Origin: Gammaproteobacteria bacterium
Lineage (GTDB): Bacteria; Pseudomonadota; Gammaproteobacteria; CBDBNL01; JAAOII01
NCBI GenBank assembly: GCA_965209035.1
Contig: OZ242372.1
Coordinates: forward strand, 1,536,001 to 1,600,000
Length of the DNA: 64,000 bases
Direction: 5' to 3'
Part shown: positions 1 to 9,099 of the stretch, piece after piece
Layout of the letters: each line of letters opens with the position of its first letter
How positions within the stretch are numbered: the first letter of the stretch is position 1
Notes under the pieces: generated by a model
Seen by the model: the letters and a program-made list of their open reading frames with translations, nothing else
Told to the model about the DNA's origin: nothing
The model's database searches: none
Made by a program: the position numbers and the translations under genes

Positions 1-2
1 GC

Positions 3-794
3 GAATTCGGCATGAGCGCGATCATGAACGGGATCGCCTTACACGGCGGGCAGATCCCTTACGGCGGAACATTTTTAGTTTTTTCCGACTATGCCCGTAA
101 TGCGGTGCGTATGGCTGCTTTAATGCGGCAAAGGGTGATTTTTGTTTATACGCACGATTCCATTGGTTTGGGAGAAGACGGCCCCACCCATCAGCCCGTG
201 GAACATTTAGCAATGCTGCGCGCCACGCCCGGTCTTAATGTTTGGCGTCCTGCGGATGCCGCCGAAACCGCCGTCGCATGGGCACAGGCACTTCAAACCG
301 ATGGTCCCAGCGCATTAATTCTATCCCGTCAATCCGTTGCCCCGCAACTCCAAACACCGAAGCAAATGGCAAATGCCGCCAAGGGCGGTTATGTTCTGAT
401 TTCCGGCGGCAGTGTTCCCGACGGCAAGCCTCCCGCCTTGTTGGTGATTGCCACGGGTGCCGAAGTGGGGTTGGCGCGCGCGGCTATCGAGAAGCACAAT
501 GCCGGTTCGGATCAACTCGTCCGATTAATTAGCATGCCCTGTTGCGAAGTATTTAACCGGCAGTCAGGCCGCTATCGGCACAGTGTGTTGCCGCCGGAAG
601 TTACCCGACGTCTGGCAGTGGAAGCCGCTTCCCCGCAGTCCTGGAATGCATACGGTTGTTATCCCGAAGCCGGCGGCGACACAGTGTGTATGACCGACTT
701 CGGGGCATCCGCCCCGGCATCCGACCTGTTTCGCCATTACGGCTTTACCGAAAAAAACATCCTCCGCAAAATCCGCCAACTGCTGCGTCCTTAA
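3..794 (+). CDS. tkt: Transketolase, C-terminal part (gene starts before window)
   Basis: EFGMSAIMNGIALHGG..YGGTFLVFSDY, THDSIGLGEDGPTHQPVEH, FGASAP motifs; frame open from window start. Confidence 0.97.
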   Translation, partial: EFGMSAIMNGIALHGGQIPYGGTFLVFSDYARNAVRMAALMRQRVIFVYTHDSIGLGEDGPTHQPVEHLAMLRATPGLNVWRPADAAETAVAWAQALQTDGPSALILSRQSVAPQLQTPKQMANAAKGGYVLISGGSVPDGKPPALLVIATGAEVGLARAAIEKHNAGSDQLVRLISMPCCEVFNRQSGRYRHSVLPPEVTRRLAVEAASPQSWNAYGCYPEAGGDTVCMTDFGASAPASDLFRHYGFTEKNILRKIRQLLRP

Positions 795-1174
795 ATAAAG
801 ATTATTAGTTATTCATTAAAGGATAACTGCTTTTGCTTTTCTTCTTAAAGAGAATCTTTGAGAACTGCGGCTTTACCGAAGAAAACATCCGCCGCAAAAT
901 CCACCAACTGCTGCGTCCTTTAAAGGTTGTTAAGGGATAACTGTTTTTGCTTTTATTCTTAAAGAGAATCTTTGAGAACCGCGGCTTTACCGCAGAAAAC
1001 ATCCGTCACAAAATCCGCCAACTGCTGCGTCCTTTAAAGGTTGTTAAGGGATAACCGCTTTTCCCTTTCTTCTTAAAGAGAATCTTTGAGAACTGCGGCT
1101 TCACCGCAGAAAACACCCGCCGCAAAATCCGCCAACTGCTGCGTCCTTAAATAAAGGTTATTAGTTATTCATTA
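740..1174 (+). repeat. Four imperfect tandem copies of the tkt 3' end (~114-128 bp unit)
   Basis: cggctttaccg..aaaacatcc..caaaatccgccaactgctgcgtcctt begins at 740, 868, 982, 1096. Confidence 0.95.
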
Positions 1175-1362
1175 GGCGCATCGGACAGGAAGCGCCGCGG
1201 TTACTTTCTTATCGGATCTTTTATCAGGGGGCTGGATGAGAAAGCGTACGGACTGCTTGCCAAGAAAATAGACGTGAGCAAGATGTTTGAGAAACTCCTC
1301 GCTGACGGGACACTTCGCCTGCCGGGAAAAAACGATGTCCGATAGTGCAAAATAATATTAAT

Positions 1363-1518
1363 ATGAACGAGCAAGAAAGGGAGCAGGCAAAGAAGAAGGC
1401 GAGAGCATTCTTAATCAAATGGGGGTCGATTATCATCATCACTCTTCTGATTGCTTACTGCGACCAGACGAGGTCACAAGAGACGCCCGCACCGGCACAA
1501 CAAGAAACTGAATTATGA
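1363..1518 (+). CDS. Small 51-aa single-TM protein (not in ORF track)
   Basis: ATG1363..TGA1518: MNEQEREQAKKKARAFLIKWGSIIIITLLIAYCDQTRSQETPAPAQQETEL. Confidence 0.5.
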   Translation: MNEQEREQAKKKARAFLIKWGSIIIITLLIAYCDQTRSQETPAPAQQETEL

Positions 1519-1578
1519 AATACGAAGAATTTAAGGATAACAAAGGATAACCGCTTTAATCGGAGCAATCGCGCACAC

Positions 1579-2067
1579 TCAGCGAATGTTCACCCGTGTC
1601 CCGGCCGGCACCAAGTCATAGAGTTGAATGATGTCGCGATTGGACAGCCGTATACAACCAATGGAAGACGGCTTGCCGAAAGGGGTATCGTCCGGCGCGC
1701 CGTGAATGTAAATATATCTTCGCATCGTGTCTTTGTTACCCAGACGGTTGTAACCCGGCTCGCAACCGCACAGCCAAAGAATCCGACTGAGTATCCAATC
1801 CCGCCGCGGATGCTTCCGGGCGAGTTGCGGACTGTAAACTTCCCCGGTCCAACGCCTGCCGACCAGAACCGCACCAAGTGGCAAGCCACCGCCGTACTTG
1901 GCGCGCACCCGATGCAGCCCCAAAGGCGTTTGGTAGGAGTTCATCTTGTTTCCCGTCCCCAAAGATGCAGTGGAAACGGCACACTCAAAAACCTTGCTAT
2001 CCGCGTCAAGCAATGTCAATTCTTGCGTTGGTATCCTTATGAGGATCTGTTTGTTTGTTTGTTTCAA
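1579..2067 (-). CDS. L,D-transpeptidase (YkuD family)
   Basis: VSTASLGTG..TPLG, IYIHG..GKPSSIGCIRL catalytic H/C motif. Confidence 0.92.
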   Translation of the reverse strand: MKQTNKQILIRIPTQELTLLDADSKVFECAVSTASLGTGNKMNSYQTPLGLHRVRAKYGGGLPLGAVLVGRRWTGEVYSPQLARKHPRRDWILSRILWLCGCEPGYNRLGNKDTMRRYIYIHGAPDDTPFGKPSSIGCIRLSNRDIIQLYDLVPAGTRVNIR

Positions 2068-2362
2068 TTTTTTAAGAGATACTTATATTTTGGTTGAGTT
2101 TCTCTTATTTTATACGGACGGGCATGGATGGAGAACTCCGGATACCGCTGTTTGTTCCGGACAAATACTCACTGTCGACTATTTGACAGGAAGGCGGGTG
2201 AAATGTATTGAAAATAATCCGGAAGTACTAACTTGTTGACATTCTTGATAAGGGTTTGTTTGCAAAGGGTGTTTGCCCGTTCTTTGCGGGCGGAATTTTG
2301 TATAATTAAAGTACAATTAACAAACAAAAAACAGGGTTATCATCAATACGGCAATCGGGCAA

Positions 2363-3148
2363 ATGGCAATCAGACATATTATTTCTTTCGTTGTTCTAAC
2401 GCCGCTTTTTTTCGGGCTGGCGGGTATTTTGTTGGGTGCGGTGCTCATGCCATTTTTTCGGAGAACGGGTGTTGCCATGGTTTTGTTTTTCGCTTCGGCA
2501 TTGTGGTTTTTCAGTTTGGCGCCTGTTTCCTCTTATCTGCTAAGTTCCTTGCAAGAGGACTTACCGACTATGCCGTCCCCGGCATATCAGGTAGACTACT
2601 TGGCTGTGTTGGGGTCTGCGCATTTGGAAAACAGCGAGCAATCGCCTCATCTGAACTTGGATTACGCGGCCCTGACCAGGCTACTCAAGGGAGTGGAACT
2701 GCTTGAAAAGCAAGAAACGGCGTCCCTTTGGTTGGGAGGCTGTCGGCAAAATACTACGGCGACATCGCATCATGATATGCTTTATGCCGCCGCCGTAAAC
2801 TTGGGCGCGGACCCCGAAAGGATTGTGCACTCCAAAGCCGGTTGCAACACCCGTGCGGAGGTACTTGCCCTGCGGCAGGAAGTGCCGCCCGGTGCGGACA
2901 TCGTGATCATCAGTTCCGACTTTCATTTGAAGCGCGTATCCGTTTGGGCGGAACATTACGAATTGCTCCCTCTTTATATTCCGGCGGTGGCGCGCGGAGA
3001 ATCGGGCGAAGGCCGCCTTGGAGTAGAGTCCTTTTTGCCGAGTGCCAAATACCTGAACGATAGCGCAATAGCGTGGCACGAATATTTTGGTATTGTCCAT
3101 GCGAGATTATCTATTTTGGCCGAAGACTGGTTTGGTATCCGAGTTTGA
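2363..3148 (+). CDS. YdcF/ElyC/SanA family (DUF218) envelope protein
   Basis: N-terminal TM helices, VLGS, NTRAE, IISSDFHLKR, HEYFG motifs. Confidence 0.85.
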   Translation: MAIRHIISFVVLTPLFFGLAGILLGAVLMPFFRRTGVAMVLFFASALWFFSLAPVSSYLLSSLQEDLPTMPSPAYQVDYLAVLGSAHLENSEQSPHLNLDYAALTRLLKGVELLEKQETASLWLGGCRQNTTATSHHDMLYAAAVNLGADPERIVHSKAGCNTRAEVLALRQEVPPGADIVIISSDFHLKRVSVWAEHYELLPLYIPAVARGESGEGRLGVESFLPSAKYLNDSAIAWHEYFGIVHARLSILAEDWFGIRV

Positions 3149-3735
3149 CAGTCCGACGAGCCCGGCGATCCCGTGCCATACGCGTCAGCAAGACGGAAGG
3201 GATTATCCGGATGCTCAGGCGAGGCGGTATTCTTGCATACCCGACCGAGACAGTCTGGGGTCTCGGTTGCGACCCCGCCCACCTTGGCGCGGTGTGGCGA
3301 CTGCGCGCACTCAAGCAACGGCAGGCGCACAAGGGGTTTATTTTGGTGGCGGGTTCTTGGCGTCAGTTTGCCGGCTATTTTCCGAACATTGGGCAAGATA
3401 AGGTGGATAAAGTTTGTTTGCGTCGGACACAACCGGTGAGTTGGGTGCTGGCGGATCGGGACGGCAGCATTCCCGCAGCGGTCAAAGGGGGGACCCAAAA
3501 TGTCGCATTGCGTATCAGTGCCCATCCGGATGTGACCCGGATCACCGGCCGTCTCGGGAGGCCCATTCTTTCCACTTCCGCCAATCCGCCCGGTATGCGC
3601 TCGGCTCGAACGGCTGCCGATGTTGACCGATATTTTGGTACACGCATCGATGCTCTTGTTCCGGGTTTTTGCGGCTCTATCCCGCTTCCGTCGCAGATAC
3701 GCGAACTTGACAGTGACCGCATTTTAAGAAAATGA
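3145..3735 (+). CDS. tsaC: L-threonylcarbamoyladenylate synthase (Sua5/YrdC)
   Basis: AYPTETVWGLGCDP, K.R..HKGFIL, STSAN; upstream of hemF; start uncertain (TTG 3145 overlaps upstream stop). Confidence 0.92.
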   Translation: MTVRRARRSRAIRVSKTEGIIRMLRRGGILAYPTETVWGLGCDPAHLGAVWRLRALKQRQAHKGFILVAGSWRQFAGYFPNIGQDKVDKVCLRRTQPVSWVLADRDGSIPAAVKGGTQNVALRISAHPDVTRITGRLGRPILSTSANPPGMRSARTAADVDRYFGTRIDALVPGFCGSIPLPSQIRELDSDRILRK

Positions 3736-4664
3736 AAGAGTTTGAAAACGCATGTGCCGTTTTTGGCAAACTGCAAGACTCTCTGTGTTCCGCGTTTGAA
3801 GGCGTTGAAAAAGAACATTGTTTTGTCACGGACGACTGGCATTCGCAACTGGGTAAGGGCAGCACTCGGGTTCTGCAAGAGGGTGCTGTCTGGGAGAAGG
3901 CGGGCATCGGTTTTTCGAATGTGGCGGCGCAGGAACTGCCTCCTTCGGCTCGCGGCGGAAACTTGCAACCGGATGCCCCGGATGTCTCGGATGACCGGGG
4001 CTCGGACAAGACCTCATACAGGGCCTGCGGTGTTTCCGTGGTGATGCACCCGCGCAATCCCTATGTGCCGGCGAGTCATTTCAATGTCCGTTTTTTCACG
4101 GCACAAACCGCTGCCGGCATGAGATGGTGGTTCGGCGGCGGCTTTGATTTGACACCCTGCTATCCGGCACGGGAAGACTGCCATTTTTGGCACAGCAAGG
4201 CGCGCATGGTTTGCGAGGAGTTTGGTGCGGGTGTTTACGATGAATACAAAAACAATTGCGACAAGTATTTTTATCTTCCCCACCGCAAGGAAATGCGCGG
4301 CATCGGCGGGGTATTTTTTGATAATCTGTCCGCCCCGAACTTTGAAAGTTGCCTTCTTTTCGCGCGGCGACTTGGCGAAACCTATCGCGATGCGTATCTT
4401 ACTTTGGCGGAGAAGAACAAAGACCGCTCTTATGGCGACCGGGAACGAGATTTTCTTTGCCACAGACGCGGGCGTTATGTGGAATTTAATTTGCTATATG
4501 ACAGAGGGACGCGCTTTGGGTTGGAGTCCGGCGGCCGCGTTGAATCCGTCTTAATGTCCATGCCGCCTTTGGCGCGTTGGCATTACGGTGCCGCGCCGTC
4601 TTGCAGCGAGGACGAAGGTCGCCTTAAGTCTTTTTTACGCCCGCAGAATTGGTGTTCGGCGTGA
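3732..4664 (+). CDS. hemF: Oxygen-dependent coproporphyrinogen III oxidase
   Basis: HPRNPYVP..HFNVRFF, WWFGGGFDLTP, RRGRYVEFNLLYDRGT.FGL. Confidence 0.97.
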   Translation: MKEFENACAVFGKLQDSLCSAFEGVEKEHCFVTDDWHSQLGKGSTRVLQEGAVWEKAGIGFSNVAAQELPPSARGGNLQPDAPDVSDDRGSDKTSYRACGVSVVMHPRNPYVPASHFNVRFFTAQTAAGMRWWFGGGFDLTPCYPAREDCHFWHSKARMVCEEFGAGVYDEYKNNCDKYFYLPHRKEMRGIGGVFFDNLSAPNFESCLLFARRLGETYRDAYLTLAEKNKDRSYGDRERDFLCHRRGRYVEFNLLYDRGTRFGLESGGRVESVLMSMPPLARWHYGAAPSCSEDEGRLKSFLRPQNWCSA

Positions 4665-4736
4665 ACCGCAATCGCCGGCTTGATATGAGTTTCAAAAAAG
4701 TTACCAAAAAGTTACCAAAAAATTGAGGCAAAAGAA

Positions 4737-7550
4737 TTGATACAGTTTTTTACAGAGTTTGTTCCGGATCCGCTCTTTTTGTTTGTGGCGGCCGGCTTTG
4801 AGGGGGTGGTGCTGGCGATATTCGTGCCGGTGAGCCTGGAGATTATTTCAAAAACATCGGCAAAGTATAACTCGGATGTCGTTGTTCGCCTTTACAGACA
4901 GAGCCTCGTCCATCGAGCATTCCCTTTTCTTCTGCTCATGAGCATCTGCGGTATGTTGGTGATGCGCTTTTTTATGACCGAAGAATTGGGCGCGTCTCTC
5001 GGCGGCAGAATCATCATGTGGTCATTAATGTCTGTCACCGTCTGCATCATCTTTCTGCTCGGTTATCTCATTTATCGTATGGATCAATTTATTAGCAAAG
5101 ACACTGTCCCGTTGAACATGCTATTTAAGGATTTGAAACGATTTATGAAAATCAAAAACCCCGCCAAGGCGCGGCGTTTGTTGATAGAAACTATGAGCGG
5201 CATCGGCGACATCCTGACTTATCAGACCAGACGACAGAACAATCTTGCTCTTCTTGAAGAACTGCCAAAAATTTGGGGGACGATAGAGAAACTGTTGGAA
5301 CTGAAAAAGAAAGATGAGAAACAATTTTTCAATCTGGTGTATGACCCTGAATTCGCCGAATATTTGAATAAGCAACCGACTGCCAGGGAGCGGGCGTACT
5401 TTTGTTTTACCAGCCCCGACAAACATCTGGCGGGTTTTGCGGTGCCGGTTAATCAGTTGATCCGCATTTATAAGGTGGCGCTTGAAACCTCCAATACCGA
5501 GGTGGCGCGCAAATCTTTGGATTATTTGCATCTGATTTTGCAATCCTGCGTGACCGAAGATGGCAACGAATTTCTTGTGGAATGGATGCTTAAACGCATT
5601 AACGAATGCGTCAACCTGGGCATGCGTGCCGGCGAAGAGGCGGAGCGTCTTTCGTTGACCTGGTATCGGGACATCCTTTTTAGAGAGCCACACACAGGCA
5701 AAGGCGCGTTTCGCTTGGACTATTTGGAATTGTGTGAAAGTTACTTTGCAAAAATGCTGGCCGCGCTTGCCGCAATGGTTGCCCAAGGCTACGAGACATA
5801 TTATCGTAAACTCGCGGATGGCATGGCACGGGATTTTATTTTTCCAAACTATCAGCGCGGCAAACTTTGGGGCTATCATGACTTGTTGCGGCTTTCGGAC
5901 TACAAAGCCTATAAGGAAATCAACTTGAAGTACAGATTGCAATACAAAATTAGAAAACTCCTGCTATCCGAACATATGGTTCAGACCGAGGAAGATCTGA
6001 AATCCTGGGAGAACGACTTCCGGGAAATAAAGAAGATCATTGTGCCCGGCTTGCGGGACGAGTACAAGTCGGAGGCCACCGGATTGGAAAAGGCGATACT
6101 TTCTTATGTGACCGCCTATATGAAATACAAAAGACTGATGCGACTGTTTTACGCACTCGGCACCTATTGTGATCTGCGCGAGAGATACGACCTGATGTCC
6201 TATTTGTGGGAGGCGGGACAAACAGGCGAAGGCACTTACAGAATTCTGCCGCCGAGCCCGCAGGTTCTTATCAATGACTATTTGACTTATCCGGGTGTGT
6301 TGAATAAAAACTACTTTGGCGAATCCTATCAGGTGATGAGTGTGTATCGCAAAAGATACTATGTGCTTCTTCTGGCGCGGCTACTGGCGGATCAGGTGGC
6401 GCCCGATTACAGATTGCCGCCGCTCAGCCTGAATCAACTGCGTGACTTTCCGGCACTGATGGACGAATTGCTGGAGATCACCGGTCAACTCAAGGATGAG
6501 GCGCCGCAGCGTCTCCGGTTGCTTTGGCGATTGGCATTTGGCGGCTACCGGGATCCGGCGGAGTGGGCAAAAAAAGTCACCGATTATCTGCTGCTGGTAA
6601 AAAAGATTGCTGAAAAACAATTGACCATCAAGCAAAAAACGACTGAAATCAGCGTTAAACGCAAGGACGAGTTTCGGGTTGCGGTGATGCGAGGATTTAA
6701 AGACCAGTCTATTTTGCGAGAGCTCTTTCGTCAGTACACAAAGACATACGAAGATCGCACAAAAACGGCCGCCAAGAACGCGCCGAAGGAAAGTTTTGGT
6801 ATCCGCGAACTGACGAACAAGGATATTTTTTTCCAACCGAGCCAACTTATTTCCTCCGCCTGGAGTTACGGTAAGAACCTGGCGGACTCCGAAAACTTGT
6901 TCCTGTTTGGTCGTATTCAGAGTGAGTGCAAGCGCGCTTCTTTGCGAGGATTTGAACAGACACTGAAAAAAGCGGGCGCGCCGGCAGATGTCTTTATACT
7001 GGGCACGGTATTTACTCTGGAGAATTTCTTCGGCGGGGCGGAAAACTTCCGCCCCGCCGATCGGACAAGTTTGGAAACGGATGCCAAACGCAATCCCGTT
7101 GCCGCGGAGATTAAGAGTATCCCCGGCTATGCCGGCTCTTATTACTTGGACGAGCATGCTTTTCCCGTGTTCGTGTTTCAGCATCGAGGCAGTGCCAATC
7201 AGTTCTTGATTCTCAATCGTACGCGTTTGGGTAAGATGATGCAGTTTCCCGTCGCACCGGACGGGGCTCGGCATAAGCATACCAAACTGCTGGAAAACAT
7301 TTTTCATTTTGATGTTCGCAGTTTGTCCAAGGACCGCAAACTTCTAAAAAAATATACGGAAGCCCAATCCGCGGAATGGTTGCGGCAGCAGGGGGACAAG
7401 CCGGCACAAAAAGAGTATCTGCTTAAAAGAGCCCTGGTCATTTTTCAACAGAATCCGGGCTTTCACAAGGCAAAGGATTTCGTGGGCTTTAAGATGCTTG
7501 TCAAGCGTATGGAGGCATTTGAAGATTCCCCGCCCGGATTTTCCGTATGA
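4737..7550 (+). CDS. Large hypothetical protein, ~3 N-terminal TM helices plus long soluble region
   Basis: 937-aa ORF; hydrophobic segments in first ~115 aa; no recognised catalytic motif. Confidence 0.75.
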   Translation: MIQFFTEFVPDPLFLFVAAGFEGVVLAIFVPVSLEIISKTSAKYNSDVVVRLYRQSLVHRAFPFLLLMSICGMLVMRFFMTEELGASLGGRIIMWSLMSVTVCIIFLLGYLIYRMDQFISKDTVPLNMLFKDLKRFMKIKNPAKARRLLIETMSGIGDILTYQTRRQNNLALLEELPKIWGTIEKLLELKKKDEKQFFNLVYDPEFAEYLNKQPTARERAYFCFTSPDKHLAGFAVPVNQLIRIYKVALETSNTEVARKSLDYLHLILQSCVTEDGNEFLVEWMLKRINECVNLGMRAGEEAERLSLTWYRDILFREPHTGKGAFRLDYLELCESYFAKMLAALAAMVAQGYETYYRKLADGMARDFIFPNYQRGKLWGYHDLLRLSDYKAYKEINLKYRLQYKIRKLLLSEHMVQTEEDLKSWENDFREIKKIIVPGLRDEYKSEATGLEKAILSYVTAYMKYKRLMRLFYALGTYCDLRERYDLMSYLWEAGQTGEGTYRILPPSPQVLINDYLTYPGVLNKNYFGESYQVMSVYRKRYYVLLLARLLADQVAPDYRLPPLSLNQLRDFPALMDELLEITGQLKDEAPQRLRLLWRLAFGGYRDPAEWAKKVTDYLLLVKKIAEKQLTIKQKTTEISVKRKDEFRVAVMRGFKDQSILRELFRQYTKTYEDRTKTAAKNAPKESFGIRELTNKDIFFQPSQLISSAWSYGKNLADSENLFLFGRIQSECKRASLRGFEQTLKKAGAPADVFILGTVFTLENFFGGAENFRPADRTSLETDAKRNPVAAEIKSIPGYAGSYYLDEHAFPVFVFQHRGSANQFLILNRTRLGKMMQFPVAPDGARHKHTKLLENIFHFDVRSLSKDRKLLKKYTEAQSAEWLRQQGDKPAQKEYLLKRALVIFQQNPGFHKAKDFVGFKMLVKRMEAFEDSPPGFSV

Positions 7551-7723
7551 CGATATGACAACTTCGGCTGGCAGATTCCCTGTCCGGATTCTCCGTATGA
7601 CGATATGACAACTTCGGCTGGCAGATTCCCTGTCCGGATTTTCCGTATGACGATATGACAACTTCGGCTGGCAGATTCCCTGTCCGGATTCTCCGTATGA
7701 CGATATGACAACTTCGGCTGGCA
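7523..7723 (+). repeat. 4 x 50-bp tandem repeat spanning stop of 937-aa gene and start of pepP
   Basis: agattccc(t/c)g(t/c)ccggatt(t/c)tccgtatgacgatatgacaacttcggctggc at 7523, 7573, 7623, 7673. Confidence 0.97.
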
Positions 7724-9033
7724 CGGGCCGACAGCCGGCTGATGTTTTTGCCCGGCGCCGAAAACATATTCTTAGGGGGATGCCGCGCGAATCCGCGCTG
7801 TTGCTTCTCGGTGTGACCGCCGAACAGACCGGCGATGCGCCCGTGCGACAGAACAGCGACTTTTATTATTTGAGCGGGTTTAATCAGACGGATGCGACTC
7901 TGCTACTCGTCAAACCCCAAAAAGGAAAAAGCGTTGAGATCCTTTTTTGTCGGCAGCCAAGCACGGCGGATATTCTTTGGCGAGGACGGTATCTTGCGCC
8001 GACAGAGGCGGCGCATCTGCATCGGTTTTCGATAGGCTATCCGATTTCCGAGTTGCGACAACATCTGCGGCGGGTATCGGCGGGCTGCTTTTACTATCCG
8101 ATTGGTCGGGATTCCAAAACCGACGAATGGGTCACCGACATGGCAAAGAATGCGGTCGACGGTCCCAAATGTCTGATGGACAGCGGCCAACTGCTGGATC
8201 CCATGCGGCTAATAAAAGACCGCACGGAAATATTACTGATTAAAGAAGCATCCCGCATTTCCATGGCAGCCCATCGCAGGGTGGCGGATAACCGCAACAA
8301 CTATTCGGCGGAATACGAAGCCGAAGCGGATTTGCTACACACCTATCGGCGGATGAACGCTCGGGTGGCATTTCATCCGATTGTGGCGGGCGGGGCGAAT
8401 GCCTGCGTTCTCCACTATATGCAAAACGATCGTCCTTATGACAAAAAACAGGTGTTGTTGGTTGACAGCGGGGCGGAATACGGACGCTATTGCTCGGACA
8501 TTACCAGAACCTATGTTCCGTCCCCACCCCCGTCCCAGCACATCAAAAATCTTGGGGGCAGCATCGAGGACAACATCGAAGACAACCCCGGGGACAACCC
8601 CGTCGGAGCGATTCATCGAGCGGTTCTCCGTGCCCTGCGGGCCGCTTGCGCTGCCGCAAAAATCGGAGCAACGCTCGAGCGAGTGCATCTGAGCGCGGTC
8701 AAGTGTCTCATTGCCGAGTTGGGGTCTTTGGGAATTATTAAGGACACACCCGCCGTGGCTCTTGCCAAAGGCACATACAAACGATACTTCCCGCATCGGA
8801 CTTCTCATTGGATCGGTCTGGATGTTCACGATGTCGGCGCCCGACAAGCATTGAGACCCGGGATGGTGTTTAGTGTTGAGCCGGGTCTTTACTTTGCCCC
8901 GGATGACGAGACGGTCGCCCCCAAGTGGCGCGGTATGGGTGTGCGGCTGGAAGATACTGTCCTGATGACCGACAAGGGCGCGGAAAACTTGACGGCGGAA
9001 CTTCCTTACGGCGGCGACAGGCAGCCAAGGTGA
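7705..9033 (+). CDS. pepP: Xaa-Pro aminopeptidase
   Basis: RQNSDFYYLSG, LVDSGAEY..YCSDITRT, HWIGLDVHD, EPGLY, GVRLED (M24B). Confidence 0.93.
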   Translation: MTTSAGTGRQPADVFARRRKHILRGMPRESALLLLGVTAEQTGDAPVRQNSDFYYLSGFNQTDATLLLVKPQKGKSVEILFCRQPSTADILWRGRYLAPTEAAHLHRFSIGYPISELRQHLRRVSAGCFYYPIGRDSKTDEWVTDMAKNAVDGPKCLMDSGQLLDPMRLIKDRTEILLIKEASRISMAAHRRVADNRNNYSAEYEAEADLLHTYRRMNARVAFHPIVAGGANACVLHYMQNDRPYDKKQVLLVDSGAEYGRYCSDITRTYVPSPPPSQHIKNLGGSIEDNIEDNPGDNPVGAIHRAVLRALRAACAAAKIGATLERVHLSAVKCLIAELGSLGIIKDTPAVALAKGTYKRYFPHRTSHWIGLDVHDVGARQALRPGMVFSVEPGLYFAPDDETVAPKWRGMGVRLEDTVLMTDKGAENLTAELPYGGDRQPR

Positions 9034-9099
9034 AAGCGATGCCGTCTAGCCCGACTGGTTCGTCTAGCCCACATAGCCCACATAGCCCACATAGCCCAT

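Noticed and set aside
7523-7723. Mini-CRISPR
   Set aside because: Head-to-tail 50-bp copies with no spacers.
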